Source of the DNA: a virus
Lineage: Duplodnaviria; Caudoviricetes
Virus record (IMG/VR): IMGVR_UViG_3300020109_000024
Coordinates: 1-53,813 of that record
Length of the DNA stretch: 53,813 bases
Strand: one strand, 5' to 3'
A model generated the notes under the pieces. It worked only from the letters and a program-made list of their open reading frames with translations. It ran no database searches and had not been told where the DNA came from. Positions 17,081 through 27,000 of the stretch are shown piece after piece. Made by a program: the position numbers and the translations under genes. Position 1 is the first letter of the stretch. Each line of letters begins with the position of its first letter.

Positions 17081-20000
17081 CATCGCGATCCGCCTCGGCG
17101 TCGAGGGCGGCCCGGAGCTGAAGCGTGTCTTCGACGACACTGGCAACGCCGGGCAAGCTGCTTTTCAAAAGGTCGGCGCGGCGGCTGATCAGGCCGCTGC
17201 CGCCACCGATCGGCAGACGGCGAAGTTCCAGCGCCTCGCACAGGCCGCGCGGGAGGCGGAGGCACAGGCGCGGGCGCAGAGCAACGTCAACGCCCTCCTC
17301 GGCGTCGGCGCGGGCTCCGCCGGATCGGCCCGCGATTCCGCCTCGGTGTTCGAGGCCGAACTGGCGCGCCAGGATCAGATCCGGGCCGCGCGGCAGGAGC
17401 AGAACGCGCGCACGTCGCAGGCCAGCATCAACACGCTCCTCGGCGTGCGCGATGCGCAGGTTGGTGCAGCTCGCGCGTCGGCGGCAGCGTTCGAGGAGGC
17501 CTACCGCAGCGAGACGGAGGCGCTGCGGCGCACGGCCGAGGCCCGCACCACCGTCATCCGCAACACGGTGGCCGGATGGCGCGACCTCGGCACGGCGGGC
17601 GCATCGCAGCTCGCCAACATTGAGGCCGGCCGCCGCCTGGGCTCGCTCGGCAACGTGCCGGAGGCGGCCAATCAGAACGTCGCACGCCGTCTCCGGTCCG
17701 ACGAGGTCACCAACCTGATGTACCAGGGCGGTGACGTGGTCGCTCAGCTCGGGTCAGGCTCGCCGCTCGGCATGATCGCGATGCAGCAAGGCCCGCAGAT
17801 CGCACAGATCTTCGCGGGTCCTGGCGGCGCCAGCGTCAAGGGTGCGCTCGGTCAGGCGGGCGAAGCAGCCGCCGGGTTCGCCGCGCGGATCGGCGTGGTG
17901 GGTGCAGGAATCGGCGGCCTCATCGCCACCGCCGGCCTGGGCGTCGCCGCCCTGATCTCCTACCGGAACAGCCAGTCCGAGGTCGAGAAAGCTCTGACCG
18001 GTGTCGGGCGTGCGTCGGGGACGACGCTCACCGAGATCAACGCGCTGGCAGAAGGACAGGCCCGAGCGGGCGGCATGAGTCGCCGGTCCGCGCGCGAGAT
18101 CGCGGCGACCTATGCCGGCACCGGCCGTATCGACCCGAGCCTGCTCGGTGGCGCGGTCAGCGCGACCCCCGACTTCGCCAAGTTCCTCGGCGTTGACCGC
18201 TCCGAGGGCGCGACCGAGCTGGCGGCTGCTCTCGGCGATGTCTCCCGCGGTGCGACCGATCTCGCGCAGCGCTATGGCCTGCTCACCGATGCCCAGGCCG
18301 AGAGCATCCGCCGGATGGACGCGCAGGGCGACCGGCTCGGCGCGCAGCGGCGTCTCCTCGACACGGTCCGCGACAGCACCCGCGGGCTGGCGGAAGCAAC
18401 GACCGGGTGGGGCCGGGCCACGGAATGGCTCAGCAACCGGTGGGACGACCTTGGTCGCGTCGTCGATCGCGCCGTCACCGGCGGCGATCTCGACACGCGC
18501 CTGAAGACGGCGCGCGACGCGCTGGCCGAGGCCCGGAAGGATGCGGAGGGCGCCAATTCCTTCTACCGGCAGGCGATTCTCGATCCCCGCATCGCCACAT
18601 ACGAGCAGCAGGTCGCCGAACTGGAAAAGCGGGTCGGCGCGCGCGACGCGGTGTCCGAGCAGGTCCAGCGCGCCCGTCGGTCCGTCGAGGTGGGCAGCCT
18701 CGTCCGTTCTCTCGATCCGGATCGCGCTGAGCTGAAGAAGCTCACCGACGAGGGCATGCTCCTGCGCCGGGCGCTCATGGACCCGATCCGGTTCGGCCTC
18801 ACCCCGGAGCAGATCGAGGCGGTGAAGCGCGCGTTCGGCGATGTCGGCACGCAGGTCCGGAACCTCGTCGAGGACATCGACCAGTTCGGCAGCCGGGCGG
18901 TCGCGGCCCTCAACCGGACGGCGGACTTCAACGCCCGGAACGTCGGCGCGACGCCCTTCGGGCGCTCGGCCGCACAGATCAACAAGGAGTTCGACGACAA
19001 GCTGCGCGACGCAAAAGAGGCAGATCGCGCCGGCATCGAGCAGGCGCGGCAGAAGGAACTCGACACCCTTACCCGCACGCAGTCGCTGGAGCAGGTCCAG
19101 CGTGGCGGGGCCTTTTCGCGGGCCTCGGCCGATCTGCAGGCTCAGATCCTCGCGGCCTCGCAGCGCTTCCCGACCGTCGATAGCGCCATGCTGGCAGGGT
19201 TGCTGGAGAAGGAAGGAGGGTTCTGGAATACCGGCCCCACTCGGGTGTTGGGCCGCGACGGCCGTCCCGCCACGACGGCATGGGGACGCGGCCAGATCAC
19301 GGATGCCGCAGAGAAGGACATCCGGGGCATCCCAGGTATGGAGGGCTTCGACAAGTACAACGTCGACACGCAGGTGATGGGCGCTGCAGCCTACCTGAGC
19401 CTGCGCCAGCGCTGGGCTGGCGGCGACCAGATTAAGGCACTCGACGGCTACGGCACCGGCCCAGGCTACGGCATCGACGTCATGCGTCGGGCGGGGACGC
19501 TCGGCGACGCATCCACGCTCGGTGTGGCCCGCGACCTCGACGCTCAGACCCAGGCCGTCGAGCGCGGCCAGGATGCGCTTCGTCGCAACACCGAACTCTA
19601 CGGCCGCAACGGCGCACAGCTGGAAGCCTCGACCCGCGCGGCCGACCTCTATCAGGACATGCTCGCCCGCGGCGTTCGACCCAGCGAGGCCCTGCGCAAG
19701 AGCCTGGAAGGCTTCGCCATGTCGGCGGAGCAGGCATCCCGCGCGACCCGCCTCGTCCAGTTCACCCGGGACGACGAGTTCGCTCGCGATCAGCTCGGGC
19801 GGGATCGCATCGATCAGCAGGCCTACGCCACAGCCCGGGCCCGGTTCGGTGACACGACCTCTGCAGAGGCGGTCGCCACCATTGGGCGGACGCGTGACAC
19901 GCTTGGTCTCACTGAGACGAAGGGCATGATCGTCGACGGTGCCACGTCCATCGTGTCGGAGTTCCGTCGGACGGGTGATGCGGCCTCGGCCCTGTCGAAC

Positions 20001-20573
20001 GCATTCGGAAATGCGGCCGACCGGTTGCTATCGAAGGCGCTCGACAGCGCAATCTCCAGTGGCTTCAACTCGCTGATCGGCAGCGGCAGCAGCAGCGGGC
20101 CGGTCACTGGCGCTGCCGGCTTCATGACCTCCCTGAAGTCGTTTTTCGGTTTCTCTGGCGGCGGCTACACCGGCCCGGGCGAGCGCTACGACGTCGCCGG
20201 CCTCGTCCACCGCGGCGAGGTCGTGTTCTCGCAGGCCGACGTCGCACGCCACGGCGGCGTGGCCGCGGTCGAAGTGCTGCGTCGGAGCGGCGGTCTGCGC
20301 GGCTACGCCGACGGCGGCATCGTGATGCCCGAGTCCTTCACCACGCCGAGCCGATCCGCCTTCGCGTCCGGTGCCAGCACCGGTCCGAGCTTCGGCGACA
20401 TCAACATCACCATGCAGGGCGCCACGGGCGATCCGGCGACCGATCAGGCGCACGTCGACGCCACTATGAAGGCGATGCGCGCCGAGATGGTGCGCGTCTT
20501 CCACGAGCAGCAGAACGCATCGCTGCACACCAACGGGGCCTTGTGGAGGGCCGGCGTGCGACGCGCGCGCTGA
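17070..20573 (+). CDS. Tape measure protein with lytic transglycosylase-like domain
   Basis: 1167 aa, Ala-rich; lambda TMP motif YQGGDVVAQLGSG...QQGPQI; C-terminal GGYTGPG..AGLVHRGE. Confidence 0.92.
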   Translation: MANNIAIRLGVEGGPELKRVFDDTGNAGQAAFQKVGAAADQAAAATDRQTAKFQRLAQAAREAEAQARAQSNVNALLGVGAGSAGSARDSASVFEAELARQDQIRAARQEQNARTSQASINTLLGVRDAQVGAARASAAAFEEAYRSETEALRRTAEARTTVIRNTVAGWRDLGTAGASQLANIEAGRRLGSLGNVPEAANQNVARRLRSDEVTNLMYQGGDVVAQLGSGSPLGMIAMQQGPQIAQIFAGPGGASVKGALGQAGEAAAGFAARIGVVGAGIGGLIATAGLGVAALISYRNSQSEVEKALTGVGRASGTTLTEINALAEGQARAGGMSRRSAREIAATYAGTGRIDPSLLGGAVSATPDFAKFLGVDRSEGATELAAALGDVSRGATDLAQRYGLLTDAQAESIRRMDAQGDRLGAQRRLLDTVRDSTRGLAEATTGWGRATEWLSNRWDDLGRVVDRAVTGGDLDTRLKTARDALAEARKDAEGANSFYRQAILDPRIATYEQQVAELEKRVGARDAVSEQVQRARRSVEVGSLVRSLDPDRAELKKLTDEGMLLRRALMDPIRFGLTPEQIEAVKRAFGDVGTQVRNLVEDIDQFGSRAVAALNRTADFNARNVGATPFGRSAAQINKEFDDKLRDAKEADRAGIEQARQKELDTLTRTQSLEQVQRGGAFSRASADLQAQILAASQRFPTVDSAMLAGLLEKEGGFWNTGPTRVLGRDGRPATTAWGRGQITDAAEKDIRGIPGMEGFDKYNVDTQVMGAAAYLSLRQRWAGGDQIKALDGYGTGPGYGIDVMRRAGTLGDASTLGVARDLDAQTQAVERGQDALRRNTELYGRNGAQLEASTRAADLYQDMLARGVRPSEALRKSLEGFAMSAEQASRATRLVQFTRDDEFARDQLGRDRIDQQAYATARARFGDTTSAEAVATIGRTRDTLGLTETKGMIVDGATSIVSEFRRTGDAASALSNAFGNAADRLLSKALDSAISSGFNSLIGSGSSSGPVTGAAGFMTSLKSFFGFSGGGYTGPGERYDVAGLVHRGEVVFSQADVARHGGVAAVEVLRRSGGLRGYADGGIVMPESFTTPSRSAFASGASTGPSFGDINITMQGATGDPATDQAHVDATMKAMRAEMVRVFHEQQNASLHTNGALWRAGVRRAR

Positions 20574-20611
20574 TCGCCTGATCACCCCTCCCCCAGCACC
20601 AAGGAGAGAGC

Positions 20612-20941
20612 ATGACCCGTCCCAACGGCAAGCCGCCGATCGACCGCTCGGCCCCGGTCGCCGAGACCGCGCCGCCCGCCTCCGCGGCCGCCCCCCAGGA
20701 CACCGCGATGCCGACGGTCGAGAATGCGCCCGGCAGCGTGTTTCAGCCCGCCGCCGGCATCGCCGCCGCCGACGTGTTCGAGATCACGCTGATGTACCTG
20801 CTCAGCATGACGAACTCGCCGGCCCAGGTCGCCCCCGGCGCGCTGCGCGGCATCGCGCTGTCGGCGGAGCGCGTCAGCCAGCTCTCCGATTCCGCGCGGC
20901 GCTTCATGCAGCCGCTCGCCCCGCCCACCGCCACGCACTGA
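20612..20941 (+). CDS. Hypothetical protein
   Basis: AAGGAG RBS; ORF in the tail operon. Confidence 0.65.
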   Translation: MTRPNGKPPIDRSAPVAETAPPASAAAPQDTAMPTVENAPGSVFQPAAGIAAADVFEITLMYLLSMTNSPAQVAPGALRGIALSAERVSQLSDSARRFMQPLAPPTATH

Positions 20942-20952
20942 GAGGAACCGTT

Positions 20953-21342
20953 ATGTCCAAGACCGCATCGAAGCCGAGCGTCACCATTGCCGGCCAGAAC
21001 CTGAACCTGCCGCAGGGCGCGCAGATCTCCGTCTTCCACAAGGGGACGGATCTCTACGAGTCGGCGCGGATCAACGCCCCGATCGAACTCGCGCTGGAGA
21101 GCGGGGCCACGGTGGACGCCACCGTGCAGGCCATGCAGGTCGGCGCCCTGATCGATTTGATCGGCATGTACGGCCCGCAGAGCGTCTACACCTACGCCCG
21201 CCCCTACAGCGCGCTCGCGCTGCTGCAGGCGCTGACGGATGCGTCCGGCGAGGACGCGATCGACGTGACCAAGCTCTACACCGTCGTCGTCGTGACGACG
21301 CCGATGCCGGCGCCGGTCATGCCGGGCGCGCCGACCGCCTGA
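20953..21342 (+). CDS. Hypothetical protein
   Basis: GAGGA RBS; stop overlaps the gpM start. Confidence 0.7.
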   Translation: MSKTASKPSVTIAGQNLNLPQGAQISVFHKGTDLYESARINAPIELALESGATVDATVQAMQVGALIDLIGMYGPQSVYTYARPYSALALLQALTDASGEDAIDVTKLYTVVVVTTPMPAPVMPGAPTA

Positions 21343-21710
21343 TGCCGAACTTCCCGGCCTTTCCGACGCTCGGGATGGGCGACTTCGGCCCGGTCGCGCC
21401 AGGATCGAGCCGGGTCGCGAAGCCGGCCGTCCTGACCGCTGGCTTCGGTGGACGCTACAGCCAGCGCACGGGAAACGGCATCAACCCGCTCCCGCGCGAC
21501 TTCACATTTCGCTCGCCGAAGCTGGCTGCCGACAAGATCAAGGCCCTCGAAGACTTCCTTGTTGGCCGTAAGGGCTACCTGCCGTTCACCTTCCGCGTGC
21601 CCTACGAAGCAATGGCGCGGCAGTTCATCTGCTCATCGTGGCAGACTGACTACACGGATCGGCTCAAGTCCGTGCTGACGGCGACGTTCGAGGAGAACTT
21701 CGACCCGTGA
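21342..21710 (+). CDS. Minor tail protein M-like
   Basis: FGGRYSQRTGNGIN...LEDFL..RKG..PF...TATFEE. Confidence 0.85.
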   Translation: MPNFPAFPTLGMGDFGPVAPGSSRVAKPAVLTAGFGGRYSQRTGNGINPLPRDFTFRSPKLAADKIKALEDFLVGRKGYLPFTFRVPYEAMARQFICSSWQTDYTDRLKSVLTATFEENFDP

Positions 21711-22438
21711 CCTCGCCCAACGCCGCGATCCGCCGGGCTGGCCAATCCCTCACGCCCGGCGACCTCGTCGCCCTCTACGTGATCGACCTCTCGACCATCG
21801 GCGTGAACCAGCAATTCGCCTTCACGCCCGCGGCCAAGGGCGGCTCCGGCCCGATCGCCTTCCGCGGCATCACCTACGCGCCGCTCGACGTGAAGTGCGA
21901 GGGCTTCGAGATGACCGGCGAGGGCTCGATTCCGCAGCCGACCCTCTCGGTCAGCAACGTCACGCGGGTGATGAGTTCGGCAGCTGCGCTCTACGGCGAC
22001 CTCGTCGGCGCGCGCCTGATCCGCACCCGCACCTACGCGCAGTTCCTCGACGGCGGCACGACGCCCGACGCCGAGGCCGCCTACGGGCAGGACATCTACC
22101 TGTTCGACCAGAAGACGTCACACACCAAAAGCGCCATCACGTGGTCGCTCGCCGCGGCGATGGATCAGGAAGGCGTGATGCTGCCGAAGCGGCTGATCGT
22201 CCGCGACGTCTGCCTGTGGCGCTACCGCCGCTGGAACGCCGAGACCGGCGCTTTCGACTACACCGGCGTGCAGTGCCCCTACACCGGCGCGCAGGCTTAC
22301 GACGCCGACGGCAACCCGACCACGCCCGACAAGGACCGGCCGAGCCGGCACATCACGACTTGCTGCAAGGCCCGCTTCGGCGCGAAGGCGCAGCTTCCCT
22401 TCGGAGGGTTTCCCGGTGTCGGACGCGTTCGGGTTTGA
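21707..22438 (+). CDS. Minor tail protein L-like
   Basis: RTYAQFLDG, C.WRYR, CPYTG, CKARFG, PFGGFPG. Confidence 0.92.
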   Translation: MTSPNAAIRRAGQSLTPGDLVALYVIDLSTIGVNQQFAFTPAAKGGSGPIAFRGITYAPLDVKCEGFEMTGEGSIPQPTLSVSNVTRVMSSAAALYGDLVGARLIRTRTYAQFLDGGTTPDAEAAYGQDIYLFDQKTSHTKSAITWSLAAAMDQEGVMLPKRLIVRDVCLWRYRRWNAETGAFDYTGVQCPYTGAQAYDADGNPTTPDKDRPSRHITTCCKARFGAKAQLPFGGFPGVGRVRV

Positions 22439-23225
22439 CAACGGGCTGACCGCCCGCTGGCACGCCGCCGTCGAGGCGCACAAGGCGCACGCGGCCTCCG
22501 AATGGCCGCGCGAGGCGGTCGGGTTAATCGATGCTGCCGGCGCCTATCACGCCTGCCGCAACATCGCCGACGATCCGGTGCGCACATTCGAGATCGCCGA
22601 CGCGGATCTCGCCGCTGTCGACGGTGGCCGGCCGGCGGCGGTGCTGCACTCGCACACCTCCGAGCCCGACCCGGAAACCGGTCGGACGATCCCGCCGCAC
22701 GACTGCCCATCCGAGATCGACATGCGGACGCAGATCGACATGGCGGTGCCGTGGGGGATCACGCTCTGCATCGAGACCGGGGCGAGCGATCCATTCTGGT
22801 TCGGCGATCAGGTGCCACGCCCACCGCTTTACGGCCGCACGTTTAGGCACGGCGTCGACGACTGCTACGCCTTTATCCGCGATTGGCACCGCGAGGCGGC
22901 CGGCATCCGCATCCCCGACTTCCCGCGCGGCCTCGACTGGTGGGAGGACACCGAGAGCGAGGCGCGGCAGGATCTCTACGCACAAGGGTTCGAGGTCGCT
23001 GGCTTCGCCCGCGTGCACCGCCCCGATGGCCCGCTGCCGGGCGACGTCTTCCTCTGCTCGGTGCGCTCGCCGGTGATGAACCACGGCGGCGTCTACATCG
23101 GCGATGGCCTGATCGGGCATCACCTGATGCATCAGCTCTCGCTCCGCCAGCCGGCGAGCATCTGGCGGCCGAAGCTCAGCTTCCTCGTGCGCCACCACGA
23201 CCTTCCCGACGATTGGAGGCCCTGA
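22416..23225 (+). CDS. Tail assembly protein K-like (JAB + NlpC/P60)
   Basis: HSH...PSEID JAB motif; DCY...NHGGVYIG NlpC motif. Confidence 0.9.
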   Translation: MSDAFGFDNGLTARWHAAVEAHKAHAASEWPREAVGLIDAAGAYHACRNIADDPVRTFEIADADLAAVDGGRPAAVLHSHTSEPDPETGRTIPPHDCPSEIDMRTQIDMAVPWGITLCIETGASDPFWFGDQVPRPPLYGRTFRHGVDDCYAFIRDWHREAAGIRIPDFPRGLDWWEDTESEARQDLYAQGFEVAGFARVHRPDGPLPGDVFLCSVRSPVMNHGGVYIGDGLIGHHLMHQLSLRQPASIWRPKLSFLVRHHDLPDDWRP

Positions 23226-23227
23226 CC

Positions 23228-23449
23228 ATGTGCACCATCAACGCTGACCGCACGCGTGTTCAAGCCCTGCCGGCGGAAGACCGCGCGTCGCTGCGGACAT
23301 TCGCAGAGAAACGCCTTGCTGGCGCCGAGACCGACCACGCGCGGGAGTTCTGGACCTCGCTTGTCGAGGCCTGCATGCCGGATGACGAGTGGGAGCCGAT
23401 CATCCGCCAGCGCTTCGACGCCGACGCCAGCCGGGCAATCGGGGCGTAG
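23228..23449 (+). CDS. Hypothetical 73-aa protein inserted between K and I
   Basis: GGAGG RBS; fills the gap exactly. Confidence 0.55.
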   Translation: MCTINADRTRVQALPAEDRASLRTFAEKRLAGAETDHAREFWTSLVEACMPDDEWEPIIRQRFDADASRAIGA

Positions 23450-23454
23450 CCAGG

Positions 23455-24006
23455 ATGCGGACGATCCACCTCTACGGTAGCATGGCCGAGCAGTTCGGCG
23501 CGTCGTTCCGGCTCGACGTGCGCTCGCTCGCGGAAGCCGCGCACGCGCTCGGCTGCCAGATCCCTGGGTTCCGCAAGGCGATCGAAGACGGGCGCTTCCG
23601 CGTCACCTGCGGCGCCTCGCGCTCCAAGGGGCTGCGCCTGGACAAGGATCTCATCACCTTCGGCCTGCCGGCCGGCGACCTGCATATCGTGCCGGTGGTG
23701 CGCGGCGCCAAGAACGGCGGCATCGGCAAGATCATCATCGGCACGCTGATCGCCGCCGCCACGTGGTGGGCCGGTGGCCCGGCATGGCTCATCAGCATCG
23801 GCGCGTCGATGGCGCTCACCGGCGCGTCGCAGCTGCTGTCGCCGAAGAAGAAGAACGAGCCGACGAAGAAGTCCTTCATGTTCGACGGCGCTGACAACAC
23901 CGCCGAGCAGGGCGGCGGCGTGCCGGTCATCATCGGCACCTGCATGGTCAACCCGGTCACCGTCTCGGCCGGCGTCACGACCTCCGATTCCAACGGCCTC
24001 GTCTGA
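23455..24006 (+). CDS. Tail assembly protein I-like
   Basis: MRTIHLYG..., IVPVVRGAK, EQGGGVPVIIG. Confidence 0.88.
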   Translation: MRTIHLYGSMAEQFGASFRLDVRSLAEAAHALGCQIPGFRKAIEDGRFRVTCGASRSKGLRLDKDLITFGLPAGDLHIVPVVRGAKNGGIGKIIIGTLIAAATWWAGGPAWLISIGASMALTGASQLLSPKKKNEPTKKSFMFDGADNTAEQGGGVPVIIGTCMVNPVTVSAGVTTSDSNGLV

Positions 24007-24023
24007 CCGGATCCAGATCGCTC

Positions 24024-27000
24024 ATGACCTTCGACGACGACGGCCCTCTCCAGGGTGCCGGCGCGCTTCCGCGCGTCCAAGGTGCCGGTGCCGGTGGCGG
24101 TGGCGGCAAAGGTGGCGGCGGATCGGCGTCCAGCGCGCCCGACACGCTGTTCTCGACGGCGACCGTGCGCCTCGTCGATCTCCTCGGCGAGGGCGAGATC
24201 GTCGGCGTGCGCGGCGGCCTGAAGGGCGTCTACCTCAACGACGTGCCCGTCCAAAACGAGGATGACAGCTACAACTTCAAGGGGCTGACGGCCGAGTTCC
24301 GCGTCGGCACGCCCGACCAGCCCTACATGGCCGGCTATCCGGACGTGCAGACGCCGCGCAACGTCGGGATCAAGGTCAACCAAGCGACCCCGGTCACGGT
24401 CTCGATCACCGACACGGACGTCGACCGCCTCCGCGTGACGGTCCAGGTGCCGTCGCTGATCCTGGCCAAAAGCGACGGCTCGGTCCGGGCGAACTCGGTC
24501 AGCTATCGCGTCCAGGCGCGCTACAGCGGCGGCCCGTGGGTCAATTCGCTCGGTGACCAGACCATCACCGGCAAGACCACCTCGGGCTACTTCCGCTCGC
24601 ACGAGATCGCGCTGCCTATCAATCCGAGCGGTGCCTCCGCGCCCTGGCAAGTGCAGGTGATCCGCCTGTCGCCGGACACCGACGACTTCAACAACAGCCA
24701 GGCGAAGTTCACCAACCAGTCGGACCTCGTCTTCTACTCGACCACCTCCATCGTCGACGCACGGTTCAGCTACCCGCATTCGGCGATGGTCGGCCTGACC
24801 GCGCAGGCGGCGTCGTTCGGCTCCAGCGTGCCCGGCCGGACTTACCTTGTCGACGGCGTGCTGATGCCGATCCCGTCGAACTACGATCCGGTGGCGCGCA
24901 CCTATTCCGGCGTCTGGGACGGCACCTTTAAGGAGGGCTTCAGCAACAACCCGGCCTGGGCGCTGAACCTGATCCTGCGCAACGACCGCTTCGGCCTCGG
25001 CGAGTTCATCGACACGGCCGCGATCGACAAGTGGTCGCTCTACGAGATTGGCCGCTACTGCGACGTTCCGGTCTCCGACGGCAAGGGCGGGCAGGAGCCG
25101 CGCTACGTCTTCAACGGCGCGATCTCGACACAGCAGGAGGCGTTCGAGCTGCTGCAGCTCATCGCCCAGGTGTTCCGCGGCACGGTCTACTGGTCGTCCG
25201 GCACCGTGACAGCGGCGCAGGACCGCCCGTCCGACCCGGTACTACTGGTGACCGAGGCCAACGCCATCGAGGGCGAGAACGGCGAGGTGTTCGCCTACGC
25301 CAGTTCGGGTCGGCGTGCGCGACACACCGTGGCGCTGGTCGCCTGGAACGACCCCGACAACCTCTACAAGCAGACCATCGAGGTCGTGGAGGATTCGGAC
25401 GGGGTCGCGCGCTACGGCTACAACCCGACCCGCATTGACCTCCTCGGCTGCACCTCGCGCGGGCAGGCGCACCGCACCGGCCTCTGGACGCTGTTCACCG
25501 AGCTGCACCAGACGCAGGTGCTAACCTACCGGGCCGGGCTCGATCACGCCGTCATCCGCCCGGGCGACATCGTCGCCGTCCAAGACCCGCAGATCGCCAA
25601 CCTCGACCTCTCGGGGCGGCTGATGGGCGGCTCGACCGCCTCGGTTCTCGTGCTGGATCGCCCGGTGACGCTGGCGAGCGGGGCAACCTACACGATCTCC
25701 GTCGTGATGCCGGACGGGACCGTGCAGGAGCGCGAGATCTCGACCGGCGCGGGGACGGTGTCGTCCGTGACGCTGCGGTCCGCCCTCCCGCAGGTGCCGG
25801 ACCCGGCCGCGGTGTGGCTCATCGCCGGCCCGATCGAGCCGCAGCTGTTCCGGGTCGTGTCGATCCGCGAGGAGGAGCCGCACATCTACGCGGTGGCGGC
25901 GCTGCAGCACGAGCCGGGCAAGTACGCGACGATCGACGACGGCGCCGCGTTCGAGCCCTCGCCGATCACCGAGTTCCCGAACATCGTGCTGCCGCCGACC
26001 AACCTGTCGGTGCGCGAGAGCCAGTACACCGAACTCGGCCAGCCGAAGCAGGCCATGACGCTGTCCTGGCTGCCGGGGCAGGCCTTCAACTCCGTCGCCT
26101 ACTTCGTGACCGTGATTCGCCCCTCGGGCGCGACGGTGACCACCCGGACGGCCAGCCAATCCATCGACTTCCTTGAGGCCGAGGTCGGCGTCTGGACCTT
26201 CGTCGTCGTGGCAATCGGTCTCAACGGCAAGTCCTCGCTGCCGGCGCAGACGGCCTACACCCTCTCGGGCTGGGCGGGGCAGGCCGCGACCACCGTGGCC
26301 AGCCTGTCGATCAAGGGCGGCGGCTCGACCTTCACCGGCCGCTCCTGCACCGTGGCCTGGACCAACCAGATCGCCGCGAGCGTGCCGCCCTACCCGGTCC
26401 GGAACGCGGTCTACGTCTTCGACGCCTCGACGCAGGCGATGGTCCATCGCGAGGTGCTGCCGGCCAGCGTCACCGAGTGGACCTACGACTACTTCCTTAA
26501 CGTCAACGAGGGCGGCCCGCGGCGTCAGTTCCGCGTCGGCGTCACCGCCTACTCGGCCGCGGGCGATGAGGGCCCGCCCTCCTATCTGACGGTGTCGAAC
26601 CCCGCGCCGGAGATCATCGTGCCCACGCTCGGCGCGACCTCGGAAGTGCTGTTCGTCGACCTCCCCAAGGTCGCGGACGCGGACTTCGCGGGGTATCTGG
26701 TCTGGGTCTCCGAGACGCCCAACATCAACCCGTTGACGGCCCCCAGCTACGACGTGGCGGGCAACTCGTTCCCGTACCGGGGCGTGCCCGACAAGACCTA
26801 CTACGTGCGGGCTGCCGCCTACGACGCATTCAGCAAGGACCCGGCGCAGCTCAACGTCAGCGCCGAGCAGTCGAAGAAGCTGACGATTCAGATCTTCGAC
26901 CCGCTGGCGCCGCCGATCCCTGGCACGCCGACCCTCGCCTCGAATGTCGCCGAGATCGCCCCGGACGGCGCGGTGACGGCGAAGGTGACGATCCAGTGGC

